Source: a virus
Lineage: Duplodnaviria; Caudoviricetes
Length of the DNA: 38,494 nucleotides
Virus record (IMG/VR): IMGVR_UViG_3300032103_000069
Span: 1 to 38,494 of that record
Strand: one strand, 5' to 3'
Part shown: positions 1-9,298 of the stretch, piece by piece
Position numbering within the stretch: the first letter of the stretch is position 1
Layout: each line of letters opens with the position of its first letter
Program-made: the position numbers and the translations under genes
Notes under the pieces: model-generated
Seen by the model: only the letters and a program-made list of their open reading frames with translations
The model's database searches: none
What the model was told of the DNA's origin: nothing

Positions 1-55
1 AAGATTAGAAACAAACATACCACTTGTGGTCACGCGCGGCTGGCACTAGGGTGGT
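1..55. repeat. 55-bp direct terminal repeat (copy 1); circular-assembly overlap
   Basis: Bases 1-55 (aagattagaaac...ctagggtggt) are identical to 38440-38494. 55 is a common assembler k-mer, so this indicates a complete circular or permuted genome. Confidence 0.95.
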
Positions 56-91
56 TTAACTTGCACAATCCCCTAAAAATAGAGGAATAAA

Positions 92-2485
92 ATGGTGCGA
101 AGAACGACGCCGACAGGCTCGGCGGTTCAATCGTTGACGAATCCCAGGGCTTGGGCGAAGTATTGTCGTGACAACGGGTTCAAGAATCTTGGCGGGGGGA
201 AAGCCCAGAGGGCGGAAGGGTATCAAGTCTTTGTCCTGGAGCTCCAGCCGGACGGTTCGGTGGCGGGTGACAGGGCTCCCCAACCGGACTCGGTTGTCCG
301 TGATCAGCTCCGGATGGCCTTTGACGAAATTCGCTCCGAGCGCATTCCACTTCTTCCGGTTCCCCCCGGGGCGGGGCTGCCGCCGATTGGTCAGAGGGAG
401 GGGGCGGTCGCCCTGCACGAGTATCGAAACGCGGTCGGAGAGCTCATGTGCTGCGTCGAGCGGTTCATCCGCCCGGACGGAGATAAGCAGTGTCTCCCGT
501 GGTTCTATTACGAGGGCGAGGGATGGGTTCCTCGTGACGCTCCGGACGGATTTCCGACTCCGTTGTTCGGCAATCACCACAACCGCTCCAGGGTGATAAT
601 CCACGAGGGGGAGAAAGCGGTTGAGGCGGCTATCAAAGCGTGTGACCCATCGTCGGGGCACCCGTGGTCCTCGTTCCTTCGCCGGTTCGGACACTGCACA
701 TGGAAGGGTGGAGCTATCGCCGGGATGGTCGGCCGGGCGAACTGGTCAGAGATGAGGGGGGTGAAAGAGATTTTCTTAATGCCCGACAACGATCAGCTCG
801 GATATGAGGCGATGCTAAAGGTTCGCCGTCAATTGCCATGTGACTCGGTCTACATCGTCCACTGGAACGGATTCGAGGGAATTGTCCCCAAGAAATGGGA
901 CATAGCCGACCCGTGCCCGGCTATCACCGAAGAAGATTTGGAGTCAGCCTTCACACTCTACGAAGAGGCAACTGAGCGTCGGATGAATCTTCAGACAGGT
1001 GAGGTGGAGGTCGTCGTTAGAGACGAGTTTATCAAAAAGTTTATCTATTGCGTCACCACGGCGGAGCTCGTGGAGCGTAATCGGCCTCGAGTAAGATACA
1101 CGAACATTACGTTCAACAATCGATTCGGTGAACTGGCCCCCGGCATCCGGAGCCTGGACAAGGAATTCTTCCGGTCACCCCACCTTCAGAAAAGCGATCG
1201 TTTCGGCTACTTTCCAAAGGTCGTCATCGACGAGCTCGGGCAGTATCGCCCCCCTCCGAGGTCGGTGTTCTCTTCTGAGACTCGTGAGAGCACGATCAAC
1301 CTGTATCGTCCACCCGCGATCAAGGAGCGGGAGCCAGCCGCCATAGGGCCGAGGTGGCGGGAAACTGTCTGGTCGCTCCGGCCGTTCCTGGCCTACATGT
1401 CGAAGATGTTCCCCGTCCCACAGGAGCGGAAAATCGTCATGCGGTGGATCTGCCACAATCTGACTGTCCAGAAGCCGATGGATCGCGTTCCGTGGGCGAT
1501 CCTCCTGATCAGTGAGATGGAGGGGACCGGCAAGTCAACCCTTGGCAACCTGCTCAGGCGGATTCTGGGGTCCGACAACGTGTCCAAGGTGGAGGGGGGA
1601 ACGGTCAGCGACAAATTCACCGGATGGTTGGAGGGGATCCAACTGGCAATCGTGGAGGAGATCAAGGAGGAGTCGGCATTCAAGCTGACAGAAAGCCTCA
1701 AAGCGAAGATCTCCGAGCCGACCGTGTCCATTCGCCGGATGCAGACAGACGTGTATGAGGCTGATAACTTCATGTCGCTTCTGGCGTCGTCCAACCATCC
1801 GGGGGCCTTGTCTCTGTCGGAAAAGGATCGCCGATGGTTCGTTCCTAGAGTCACGGAAGACATTTCCCCCCGGAACAAGTGGCAGGCTCGGCGCTATCTT
1901 CGGGAGTCTCCGGAAGGTTCCAATGACGAGTTTTTCGCGGCACTCTGGGACTGGTTCAACGCCGGGGGTGATCGCCATCTGCTCTGGTGGTTTCGGCGAT
2001 ATGGGCTGGCTCTTCAGGAGCGAGGGTGGCGGCGGAAATATGGTCGAGCACCTGAATCAGACAGGAAGAAGGACGTTCAAGAGCGATCACTTCTCAGTTG
2101 GCAACGGATGATCGATTTGGAACTGGCTGGCGAGGAATGCGTTGTCCGAGAGGACGTTACCGCGTGGATCCAGGAGCAGGGCGGTCGTCCGCCACCCCCC
2201 GATGCGCTTTCGTCGTTCTTGGCCACCCTCGGGTTCGGCCGGATGTATTGTGAGCCCGGCTCTGCCAACAGAAGACACAAAACCGGGCGGACGTATCTGA
2301 TCCCGAAGCCCTCTGGTGGATACATTGAAGGGTTCGTCTATGGGAAGAAAGAGCTTCTGGTAGAACCAGCAAGTCACTGGAGGGGTCGTGGGAAGGTTCA
2401 TCCGTGGCTCTCGGACAAATTCAAAGGTCTCAGTGCCAATCGGGGAATTGGGGGTGGTTCGTCGTCGAGTGGGGAGGTTTTTTAG
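92..2485 (+). CDS. DNA primase-helicase (N-terminal Toprim primase, C-terminal SF3/D5-like P-loop NTPase)
   Basis: Toprim motifs IIHEGEKA, MPDND and KWDIAD; Walker A EGTGKST; Walker B AIVEE; motif C ASSNH; DRRW arginine finger; RBS AGAGGA upstream. Confidence 0.85.
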   Translation: MVRRTTPTGSAVQSLTNPRAWAKYCRDNGFKNLGGGKAQRAEGYQVFVLELQPDGSVAGDRAPQPDSVVRDQLRMAFDEIRSERIPLLPVPPGAGLPPIGQREGAVALHEYRNAVGELMCCVERFIRPDGDKQCLPWFYYEGEGWVPRDAPDGFPTPLFGNHHNRSRVIIHEGEKAVEAAIKACDPSSGHPWSSFLRRFGHCTWKGGAIAGMVGRANWSEMRGVKEIFLMPDNDQLGYEAMLKVRRQLPCDSVYIVHWNGFEGIVPKKWDIADPCPAITEEDLESAFTLYEEATERRMNLQTGEVEVVVRDEFIKKFIYCVTTAELVERNRPRVRYTNITFNNRFGELAPGIRSLDKEFFRSPHLQKSDRFGYFPKVVIDELGQYRPPPRSVFSSETRESTINLYRPPAIKEREPAAIGPRWRETVWSLRPFLAYMSKMFPVPQERKIVMRWICHNLTVQKPMDRVPWAILLISEMEGTGKSTLGNLLRRILGSDNVSKVEGGTVSDKFTGWLEGIQLAIVEEIKEESAFKLTESLKAKISEPTVSIRRMQTDVYEADNFMSLLASSNHPGALSLSEKDRRWFVPRVTEDISPRNKWQARRYLRESPEGSNDEFFAALWDWFNAGGDRHLLWWFRRYGLALQERGWRRKYGRAPESDRKKDVQERSLLSWQRMIDLELAGEECVVREDVTAWIQEQGGRPPPPDALSSFLATLGFGRMYCEPGSANRRHKTGRTYLIPKPSGGYIEGFVYGKKELLVEPASHWRGRGKVHPWLSDKFKGLSANRGIGGGSSSSGEVF

Positions 2486-2495
2486 TCGGATATGG

Positions 2496-2642
2496 GACCC
2501 CCCGGTAAAAAATAGTTCACCCTAGTGCAGAATAGGCTGCCCCTATACTTATACGCGCGAGGTTTCAAACTGGAGTAAAATCTATGGCAAGTATATAACC
2601 AGCCTATTTCGCACTACGGTGAACTATTTTTTGCGGGGGGTC
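2496..2642. repeat. Large imperfect inverted repeat, putative replication origin
   Basis: Left arm gaccccccggtaaaaaatagttcaccctagtgcagaataggctg..tatactt (2496-2550) matches the reverse complement of 2589-2642 (gaccccccgcaaaaaatagttcaccgtagtgcgaaataggctg..tatactt). It lies in an AT-rich non-coding gap right after the primase-helicase. The repeat is seen directly; the origin role is inferred. Confidence 0.75.
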
Positions 2643-2760
2643 GGCTAATTCCCGACGCAGGATTAGCGGGGGGCTTTGGATCATTCAAAAATCGGAGAGA
2701 TGAATTCACTACCGGATTACAAACCACAAAAATAGGTCAGAATAGGCCAGAAAGGTTGTG

Positions 2761-3225
2761 ATGGGTAAAGAGCTAGAGGCGCTGAGTGCTAAACTAAGGG
2801 CGACGCGAAATCGAGACGAGTCGGGGCTCTGGGGGCAGATGAGCCGGATGACTCCGCTCGGGATCAGAATTCATCGGATGGAGGTCCGTCATCCAGCCGG
2901 GTTCCCGGACTGCATCTGGTGGGCCCCGAGTCGCGGGGGGAACTCATCCATCGGGATGCTGGAGCTAAAGGACAGTGACCCGGAGATCAGGCCGCAGCAG
3001 AGGATTTTCCTCCAGGCGGCTCATCTGGACGGACAATCCGCGTTCGTTCTTCTGAGGCAGGGGCCGACGATTAGGCTTATCAATCCACAATTGATCAAGA
3101 CAGACCTGAAGATCGGAAATTTGCCGGGGGTTTTGGCGGTGAACACCGATGATCTCGGACCTCGTGAAGCGTGGGGTCAAATCTGGGACTTCCTTGTCCC
3201 CACAACCAGAGGATACGACACATGA
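2761..3225 (+). CDS. VRR-NUC/PD-(D/E)xK-like nuclease (Holliday junction resolvase-like)
   Basis: GFPD...LELK...RPQQ..F motif pattern; AAAGG RBS; ATGA overlap with the next gene. Confidence 0.7.
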   Translation: MGKELEALSAKLRATRNRDESGLWGQMSRMTPLGIRIHRMEVRHPAGFPDCIWWAPSRGGNSSIGMLELKDSDPEIRPQQRIFLQAAHLDGQSAFVLLRQGPTIRLINPQLIKTDLKIGNLPGVLAVNTDDLGPREAWGQIWDFLVPTTRGYDT

Positions 3226-3764
3226 TCTACCGAATCGGAACCATTCCCCCATTCCGGGGGGGCTTTGTCGAAGATCGCTTGGCCGCGTTCAATATTACCT
3301 ACCTCTATCCGAAACAGCTCGTGGAGGTGAGGATTGGCAGGCGTCGGGTTCGGGAGCTCAAGCCGAGGCCGATTCTCCCTGGACTAATTTTCGTTGACGA
3401 GGTCCAGGCCGATGAGTCGATGGTGGTTCTTCGCGAACGTGGAGTTTCGATTTGGTGGCTCCGCAACCGTTTGGCCGACGATGCTCCGGCCAGATGCACC
3501 GACCAAGATGTTGCGCCTCTGCTCCAGTGGATAGAGGCGGAAAACAGCCGATTTTTTGCAGACGACGGTGCCGATTTGCAGGCCGAGCTTCCGTTGTTCG
3601 TTAGGCATCTTCCGGGGACAATGGTCATGATCTCTAATGGCCCATTTCAGGGGATGCTCGCAACAATCGTCAGGGATGATGGGAAGGTGGCTCAGATTGA
3701 TCTTGCGACAGGGCGTTTTTCGATGCAAATATCCTCTTGTAATCTGCGGCTGCCCGGCGTATAA
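3222..3764 (+). CDS. NusG/RfaH-family transcription antiterminator (NGN + KOW)
   Basis: NGN signature YP......R......PILPGLIFV; KOW motif PGTMVMISNGPFQGMLATI; start moved to ATG 3222 (ATGA overlap). Confidence 0.8.
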   Translation: MIYRIGTIPPFRGGFVEDRLAAFNITYLYPKQLVEVRIGRRRVRELKPRPILPGLIFVDEVQADESMVVLRERGVSIWWLRNRLADDAPARCTDQDVAPLLQWIEAENSRFFADDGADLQAELPLFVRHLPGTMVMISNGPFQGMLATIVRDDGKVAQIDLATGRFSMQISSCNLRLPGV

Positions 3765-3765
3765 T
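3737..3765 (+). promoter_or_regulatory. Putative sigma70 late promoter
   Basis: TTGTAA (3737-3742), 17-bp spacer, TATAAT (3760-3765). It overlaps the end of the NusG-like gene and points into the terminase operon. Confidence 0.7.
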
Positions 3766-3863
3766 GACCCTGTGCTCCCATATAGGGAGCGGCGAGTTGC
3801 CGTGGCGCGCCACCCTCGCATTAGGCCGCAGGTCCAGATCCTCGGCCAGTTCGGAAGAATGGA

Positions 3864-4406
3864 ATGTCGCGAGTCACCGCTATCCGAGAGGGTCATCTGG
3901 ACGTCTTCGCCGATCATTGGCGTCGCGCCCGGATCATTGACCCCCGAGACAGTTACCGCGATCCAAGAGTTCTCCAAGAAGCCTGCCTGGAGTATTTTGA
4001 GTGGAACGCAAATAGCCCGATCGTTTCGGAGGATGTGTTTAGCACGAAACAGGCCGGAGTTGCCCGCGAGAAGGTCTACCTCCATCGGACGATGAGCATC
4101 CGTGCTCTGTGCCTTCGAATCGGCATCCCGACGTTCCTGTGGCGTGACTGGCGTCGTGAGTGCCCGATCCGTCGGCCGGTTGTCCTTTGGGCTGAAGACG
4201 TGATCTACGCGATCAAGCTGGAGGCGGCTTCTTCCGAGATGATTAACCCGATGATCGCGGTTCGTGAGCTCGGGCTTCGTGACGGTCATGAGGTGACAGG
4301 GCTGGACGGCGATTCACTGATTTTGCAAGTAGATCCCAAAGATGTCCTCGTTGATCGCCTCACTCGCATCCTTGCCGCCAAGCGAGATTCGACACCTCAT
4401 CTGTGA
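3864..4406 (+). CDS. terS: Terminase small subunit (P22 gp3-like DNA-packaging protein)
   Basis: L.EAC.EYFEW...P and MSI..LC..IGI..W..W pattern, INP.I..RELGL.D; directly upstream of terL. Confidence 0.8.
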   Translation: MSRVTAIREGHLDVFADHWRRARIIDPRDSYRDPRVLQEACLEYFEWNANSPIVSEDVFSTKQAGVAREKVYLHRTMSIRALCLRIGIPTFLWRDWRRECPIRRPVVLWAEDVIYAIKLEAASSEMINPMIAVRELGLRDGHEVTGLDGDSLILQVDPKDVLVDRLTRILAAKRDSTPHL

Positions 4407-5715
4407 ACTGACGGACCGCCAGGCAGAGCAGCTTCTTTACGACTGGTCGTTCTGGGCAAGGCCCGAACAACTGGAGCCTCCTGGCGACTGGCTCACATGG
4501 GCGATCATCGCTGGGCGCGGGGCAGGCAAGACGAAGACCGGCGCCGAGACTATCCGGTCTTGGGTCACTGGATCCACACCGCTCGCACGGGGATCCTGCC
4601 GTCGGGTGGCGCTGGTCGCGGAGACTGCGGCTGACGGTCGCGACGTCATTGTGGAGGGCGACTCCGGTATTCTCGCGTGTCACCCGAAGGATTTTCGGCC
4701 GACGTATGAGCCGTCCAAGCGACGCCTGACTTGGCCGAACGGGGCGCTCGCCACGATCTATAGTGCCAGCGATTCAGACCAGCTTCGGGGACCGCAGCAT
4801 GACGCAGCGTGGGTAGACGAACTCGCCAAGTGGGCGAGGGCTCAAGACGTCTGGGATCAGGTTCAGTTCGGGCTTCGACTCGGCCAGCGTCCCCGAGCCA
4901 TTGTCACGACAACGCCGAGGCCGATACCGCTTTTGAAAAAGCTGATCGCGGATCAGTCAACCGTAGTCACTCGTGGAAAAACAGAGGACAACCGCGCCAA
5001 TCTGGCCGAGTCTTTTATCAAAGCGATCTACGGAAAGTATGGGGGGACAAGGCTAGGCCGACAAGAGCTGGACGCCGAGATTCTAGAGGATCTGGAGGGG
5101 GCGCTCTGGGTTCGGTCGTTCTTTGACCCCACCCCCGAGTCGGGATACCGAGGTCGAGCGAACAAAGGCGACATACCGGATCTCGTCCGTGTTGTTGTCG
5201 CGGTTGACCCGTCTGGGGCGAGGAATGCGTCTGACGGGGGCGACAGTATTGGGATCATTGTTGCTGGGCTGGGCACCGACGGACGCGGATATGTTCTGGC
5301 TGACTGGTCCATCAGGGACGGTCCGGCTGGATGGGGGCGCAAGGCGGTTTCCGCGTATCAGTTCTTTAGTGCCGATCGCATCGTGGCCGAAGCCAACTTC
5401 GGCGGTGGTATGGTGGAGTCTACGATCAAGACGGTGGATCCCAGTGTTCCGGTGACACTTGTCACTGCTAGTCGGGGCAAGATTCTTCGGGCTGAGCCTA
5501 TTGCTTCGCTTTACGAACAGGGCCGAGTGACCCATGTCAGAGGCGCCGATCCTCGGGACGATGGCACGGGGCTTGCGGCTCTGGAAGACCAGCTCTGCCT
5601 AATGGCCTATGACGGGTTTGCCGGAGAAGGGTCCCCGGACCGTGTTGACGCCCTTGTCTGGGCGCTCACCGAATTGATGCTTGAGCCTCAGGGGCGAGCG
5701 GGAGTTCTCTGGTGA
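4342..5715 (+). CDS. terL: Terminase large subunit
   Basis: Walker A AGRGAGKT; LRGPQHDAAWVDE Walker B; VTTTP motif; GRQEL; nuclease VVAVDPS and SPDRVDALVWA. Confidence 0.95.
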   Translation: MSSLIASLASLPPSEIRHLICELTDRQAEQLLYDWSFWARPEQLEPPGDWLTWAIIAGRGAGKTKTGAETIRSWVTGSTPLARGSCRRVALVAETAADGRDVIVEGDSGILACHPKDFRPTYEPSKRRLTWPNGALATIYSASDSDQLRGPQHDAAWVDELAKWARAQDVWDQVQFGLRLGQRPRAIVTTTPRPIPLLKKLIADQSTVVTRGKTEDNRANLAESFIKAIYGKYGGTRLGRQELDAEILEDLEGALWVRSFFDPTPESGYRGRANKGDIPDLVRVVVAVDPSGARNASDGGDSIGIIVAGLGTDGRGYVLADWSIRDGPAGWGRKAVSAYQFFSADRIVAEANFGGGMVESTIKTVDPSVPVTLVTASRGKILRAEPIASLYEQGRVTHVRGADPRDDGTGLAALEDQLCLMAYDGFAGEGSPDRVDALVWALTELMLEPQGRAGVLW

Positions 5716-7070
5716 ATAATTTCCGGTCCATCTTCACCCGCTTTCTGGTGGGTGAGAAGCGGAACAACTGGCAAACCTTTGGCTATCCGGTGTCTGTGGT
5801 CCCCGAATCATATTGGCTCCGGTATCGCAGGAATGGGATTGCGAACCGTATCGTGAAAGCCTATCCGGATGCCTGCTGGCGCGGGTCCCCCGTGATTCAG
5901 GATGAGCAAGGGTCCAGCCCGAAGTCGGACCAAGACGACTACTCGGAGTTCACAGGAGCCTGGGAAGATCTGAACGAACGGTTTGGCGCACTCCGACTAC
6001 TTCATCGTGCCGACCGGCTGGCGCGAGTCGGCCATTACTCGATTGCCCTGCTTGGGTTCCAAGGCCCGGAGCCTCTGGACAAGCCGATGGAGGGACAGTC
6101 CCCCCTTGCCTACCTGACCGCTTACAGCGAGCGGTCGGCGAAGATCGTGGAATGGGACGTGAACACTTCTAGCCCACGATACGGTCTACCGACCATGTAT
6201 CAGGTGAACACGCTCGCCGACGACGTTGTCGGGCAGTCCATCCGGGGTTCCAACTTTCGAGTTCACTGGACGCGCGTCATCCACATCGCCGAGAATTTGG
6301 AGGAGAACGAGGTCTTCGGGGAACCGGCCCTGCGGCCGATTTGGAATGACCTTCTTGATCTGGAGAAAGTCAGTGGTTCGGGGGCCGAGGCGTTCTGGCT
6401 CAACGCTCGCGGCGGGCTGTCGGTTGAGACGACGAAGGACGCCACCCTGTCCTCTAGCGATCGCGAGGAGATGAAGAAACAGATTGACGATTACGCGAAC
6501 GATCTTCGTCGTGTCCTTGCCATGCAAGGAGCCACAGTCAAGCCGATCACCCTTAACCCGGCCGACCCGAACCCTGCGATCAGCTCCATCCTCCAGATTA
6601 TCAGCGGGGCTACTGGCATTCCTCAGCGGATCCTGACGGGTTCTGAGCGGGGGGAACTGGCCTCGTCGGAGGATGCGAATAGTTGGGAGTCCAGAGTTGA
6701 CGAACGGCGAGTGGATCACTGCGGCCCTCAGATTCTGACCCCGTTCGTCAACCGGATGATCGAGACTGGCAATCTTCCGGAGCCTGTCGGCAACTGGATC
6801 GCCAAATGGCCGGAAGCCTCGGCTCTGTCACCCGAAAAACAAGCGGACATCGCGGTGAAGCGGGTGACGGCGGCTTCGACATGGTCGGTCGGTGGCGGTG
6901 ATCGGCTGATCGCGCGGGAAGAGATGCGCGGAATGCTCGGCCTTTCGGCGGAGTCTGAATACGATATCGTCGATGAGTTGGATGAAGTCGATGACGGAGA
7001 CGAGGACGACACCCCTGCCGGGGGCAGCGGGGGTGTCGGTGAGGAGGGTCAACCTCCTGCCGAGGTTTGA
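5712..7070 (+). CDS. Portal protein (DUF1073-like)
   Basis: Follows terL; RNGIANRIV...P, RVHWTRVIH and GATGIPQRILTG..G.LAS.ED motifs; acidic C-terminus. Confidence 0.88.
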   Translation: MNNFRSIFTRFLVGEKRNNWQTFGYPVSVVPESYWLRYRRNGIANRIVKAYPDACWRGSPVIQDEQGSSPKSDQDDYSEFTGAWEDLNERFGALRLLHRADRLARVGHYSIALLGFQGPEPLDKPMEGQSPLAYLTAYSERSAKIVEWDVNTSSPRYGLPTMYQVNTLADDVVGQSIRGSNFRVHWTRVIHIAENLEENEVFGEPALRPIWNDLLDLEKVSGSGAEAFWLNARGGLSVETTKDATLSSSDREEMKKQIDDYANDLRRVLAMQGATVKPITLNPADPNPAISSILQIISGATGIPQRILTGSERGELASSEDANSWESRVDERRVDHCGPQILTPFVNRMIETGNLPEPVGNWIAKWPEASALSPEKQADIAVKRVTAASTWSVGGGDRLIAREEMRGMLGLSAESEYDIVDELDEVDDGDEDDTPAGGSGGVGEEGQPPAEV

Positions 7071-8005
7071 GGCCGAGAATGATGACCACAGGCATCAGAC
7101 TTGGCCTCGCCTCGGCCCTCGCCCTGGGCAAAAAAACCAAGAAGCCTCTGGTTTTTTCGCGGCCGACCCGTGAGCGTCGGGCGGATCCAACTCGCACCAT
7201 GTCGTTGACCCGTGACTGGGAGCGGGAGTTTATTCGTCGGTGGGACAAGGTTATTAAGGAAGTTCTTCGAGAGGTTCGAGACCAAGACGGGTTCGGGTTG
7301 AAAACTAACGCGGGTCGGTTTCAGTTTGGCTCTAACCCCCAGCGAGTGCTGGCATTCAGTTCCTGGTTGTCCGCACAGATGGATCGCTACCTTTTTGGCG
7401 GAACCTTGTCGCAGTCTTATGACGAAGCCTCGGATCGGTTCTGGGGAAACTCGTGGGCGAATACAGCATATCGTCGCGGACTGCTGAACGCCGCTGGCCA
7501 AATCCGCAGAGCTGGCGGAACGGTGGATCGTGAATATGTTGAGCGGGCAGTTGCCAGAGGTCGGCACTATGACGCGATCAGACAGGTTCACTCTAGAGCC
7601 TTTGAAAAGTTGAGGGGCATCACAGAAGAGGTCGCAACCCAGATCGGGGACGCCATCGCGACCCAGCTAGGTCTGGGCGGGGGTGCCAACGAGATTGTGA
7701 AATCTATCGTGGATCGCATTGATAAGATTGGCAAGACTCGCGCAAGACTTATCGCCAGAACCGAGGTCATCAGCGCATACAACGAGGCTGAACTCAATGT
7801 CTACGACGACGCAGCTCTTCACGGAGTGGTGCTTATCCCGGAATGGGTGACAGCGGGTGACAGCCGGGTCTGCGAACGGTGCAAGTCTGCGGCCGAAAGG
7901 AAGTGGACCATCGAGACCGCAAGGGGGGCACTCCCTCTCCATCCTCGGTGCCGATGCGCGTGGGCGCCGATCATCGAAAAGGGTAAGGAGCTGAAGCTGC
8001 TATGA
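7067..8005 (+). CDS. Head morphogenesis/minor capsid protein (SPP1 gp7/Mu F-like)
   Basis: RARLIARTE, W.TAGDSRVCERC and PLHPRCRC motifs. Start uncertain (TTG 7067 or ATG 7079). Confidence 0.9.
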   Translation: MRPRMMTTGIRLGLASALALGKKTKKPLVFSRPTRERRADPTRTMSLTRDWEREFIRRWDKVIKEVLREVRDQDGFGLKTNAGRFQFGSNPQRVLAFSSWLSAQMDRYLFGGTLSQSYDEASDRFWGNSWANTAYRRGLLNAAGQIRRAGGTVDREYVERAVARGRHYDAIRQVHSRAFEKLRGITEEVATQIGDAIATQLGLGGGANEIVKSIVDRIDKIGKTRARLIARTEVISAYNEAELNVYDDAALHGVVLIPEWVTAGDSRVCERCKSAAERKWTIETARGALPLHPRCRCAWAPIIEKGKELKLL

Positions 8006-9240
8006 CGTGTGCCTGCATCGACTTCAAGCCGAGTCAGCGAATCCATGTGAAGGCGAATTTCACTGCCACGAAACGGATCGAAATGTTCCGGGGTCGTCGC
8101 CACCTTGTCGTTCCGGTTGTCATGCTCAAGGAGACGGTGGTCAACGGAGCATTGGTCAAGGCCGACGCACTCGTTGCGGAGGCCTGGAACGGCGTCCCCG
8201 TAACAGTTTCCCATCCGACCGACAAGGGGCAGGCGGTGTCGGCGAATAGCCCGAAGACACTTGAGAAGTGGCAAGTTGGTACGATTTTCAACGCGAAGGT
8301 CGAAGAAGGCAAGCTAAAGGCCGAAGCGTGGGTGGACATCGATCTCGCAGATTCGCTGGCCCCCGGTCTGGTGAAAGCGCTCCGGAGCGGAGCCGCAATG
8401 GACGTTTCCACCGGATACTTCACGACCGCGCAGAAGAACGCGGGCGAATACGAGGGCAGGCCCTACACCGAGGTTCATTCGGAGCTGAAGCCCGATCATC
8501 TGGCCCTTCTCCCAGACGAGGAGGGTGCCTGTTCCTGGAAGGACGGGTGCGGAGTCCGAGCCAATCACAAGAGGAAGACGCCGATGGCGAATGTGACGCT
8601 GAAAAAGATCCTTGTCGCTCTGGCCGGGGACAAGAAAACGAAGACTATCGAGGAAGACAAGGTCGCGGCGCACGACGCGATGGTCGACACCCTGATCGAG
8701 GACAGCAATACCCCGTTCGAGGAGGCCGATCGCGAGACGCTGACCGCCCTGCCCGACGTGGCTCTGGAGGCGATCGCCGAAAAGATGCTGGGGGAAGAGG
8801 GTGAATCTGAGGTGAACTCCGAGGGCGACAAGGAGAAGGACGTGGATTCGAACAAGAACAGGCAGAAGACCGTGGCGAACATGACCGCCGACGATCTGAC
8901 CAAACTGATCGCGAATGTTTCGTCCGATGCCGCGAAGAAAGCGGTCACCGAGGCTCTGGCGCTCAACGAGCGACAAGAGCTGGAAGCCAAGATCTTGGCG
9001 AACAAGTCGCTGGGCCTGGACGCCGAGGATCTGAAGAGTCTGCCGATCAAAACCATGAAGAAGCTGGCGGCGAAGATGGGCTCCTCCTTCCGCGTCAATG
9101 GTGACATCACGACCAAAACGAACTTTGGCGGTCGCTGCATCCAGACGCAGAGCGAATCGGGTTCGGAGAAGAAGTTCCCCGGCCTGTCCGTCGCCAGCGT
9201 TCGCGCTCCGGTGGCCGACAAGGACAAAAAAACTGCCTGA
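8002..9240 (+). CDS. Capsid maturation protease-scaffold (DUF2213-like)
   Basis: WNGVPVTVSHP, DVSTGY and PDHLALLP.EEGACS..DGCG motifs, followed by an acidic, helical scaffold-like C-terminal half. Confidence 0.82.
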   Translation: MTCACIDFKPSQRIHVKANFTATKRIEMFRGRRHLVVPVVMLKETVVNGALVKADALVAEAWNGVPVTVSHPTDKGQAVSANSPKTLEKWQVGTIFNAKVEEGKLKAEAWVDIDLADSLAPGLVKALRSGAAMDVSTGYFTTAQKNAGEYEGRPYTEVHSELKPDHLALLPDEEGACSWKDGCGVRANHKRKTPMANVTLKKILVALAGDKKTKTIEEDKVAAHDAMVDTLIEDSNTPFEEADRETLTALPDVALEAIAEKMLGEEGESEVNSEGDKEKDVDSNKNRQKTVANMTADDLTKLIANVSSDAAKKAVTEALALNERQELEAKILANKSLGLDAEDLKSLPIKTMKKLAAKMGSSFRVNGDITTKTNFGGRCIQTQSESGSEKKFPGLSVASVRAPVADKDKKTA

Positions 9241-9298
9241 CAGCGACCTAACGTCCTGACATAACGGGGGAAGCCCCCCTTCACTAGAGGACTATCAC

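Noticed and set aside
41-65. Sigma54 promoter (TGGCAC...TTGC) upstream of the primase
   Set aside because: Spacing between TGGCAC and TTGC is 14 nt rather than the required 5.
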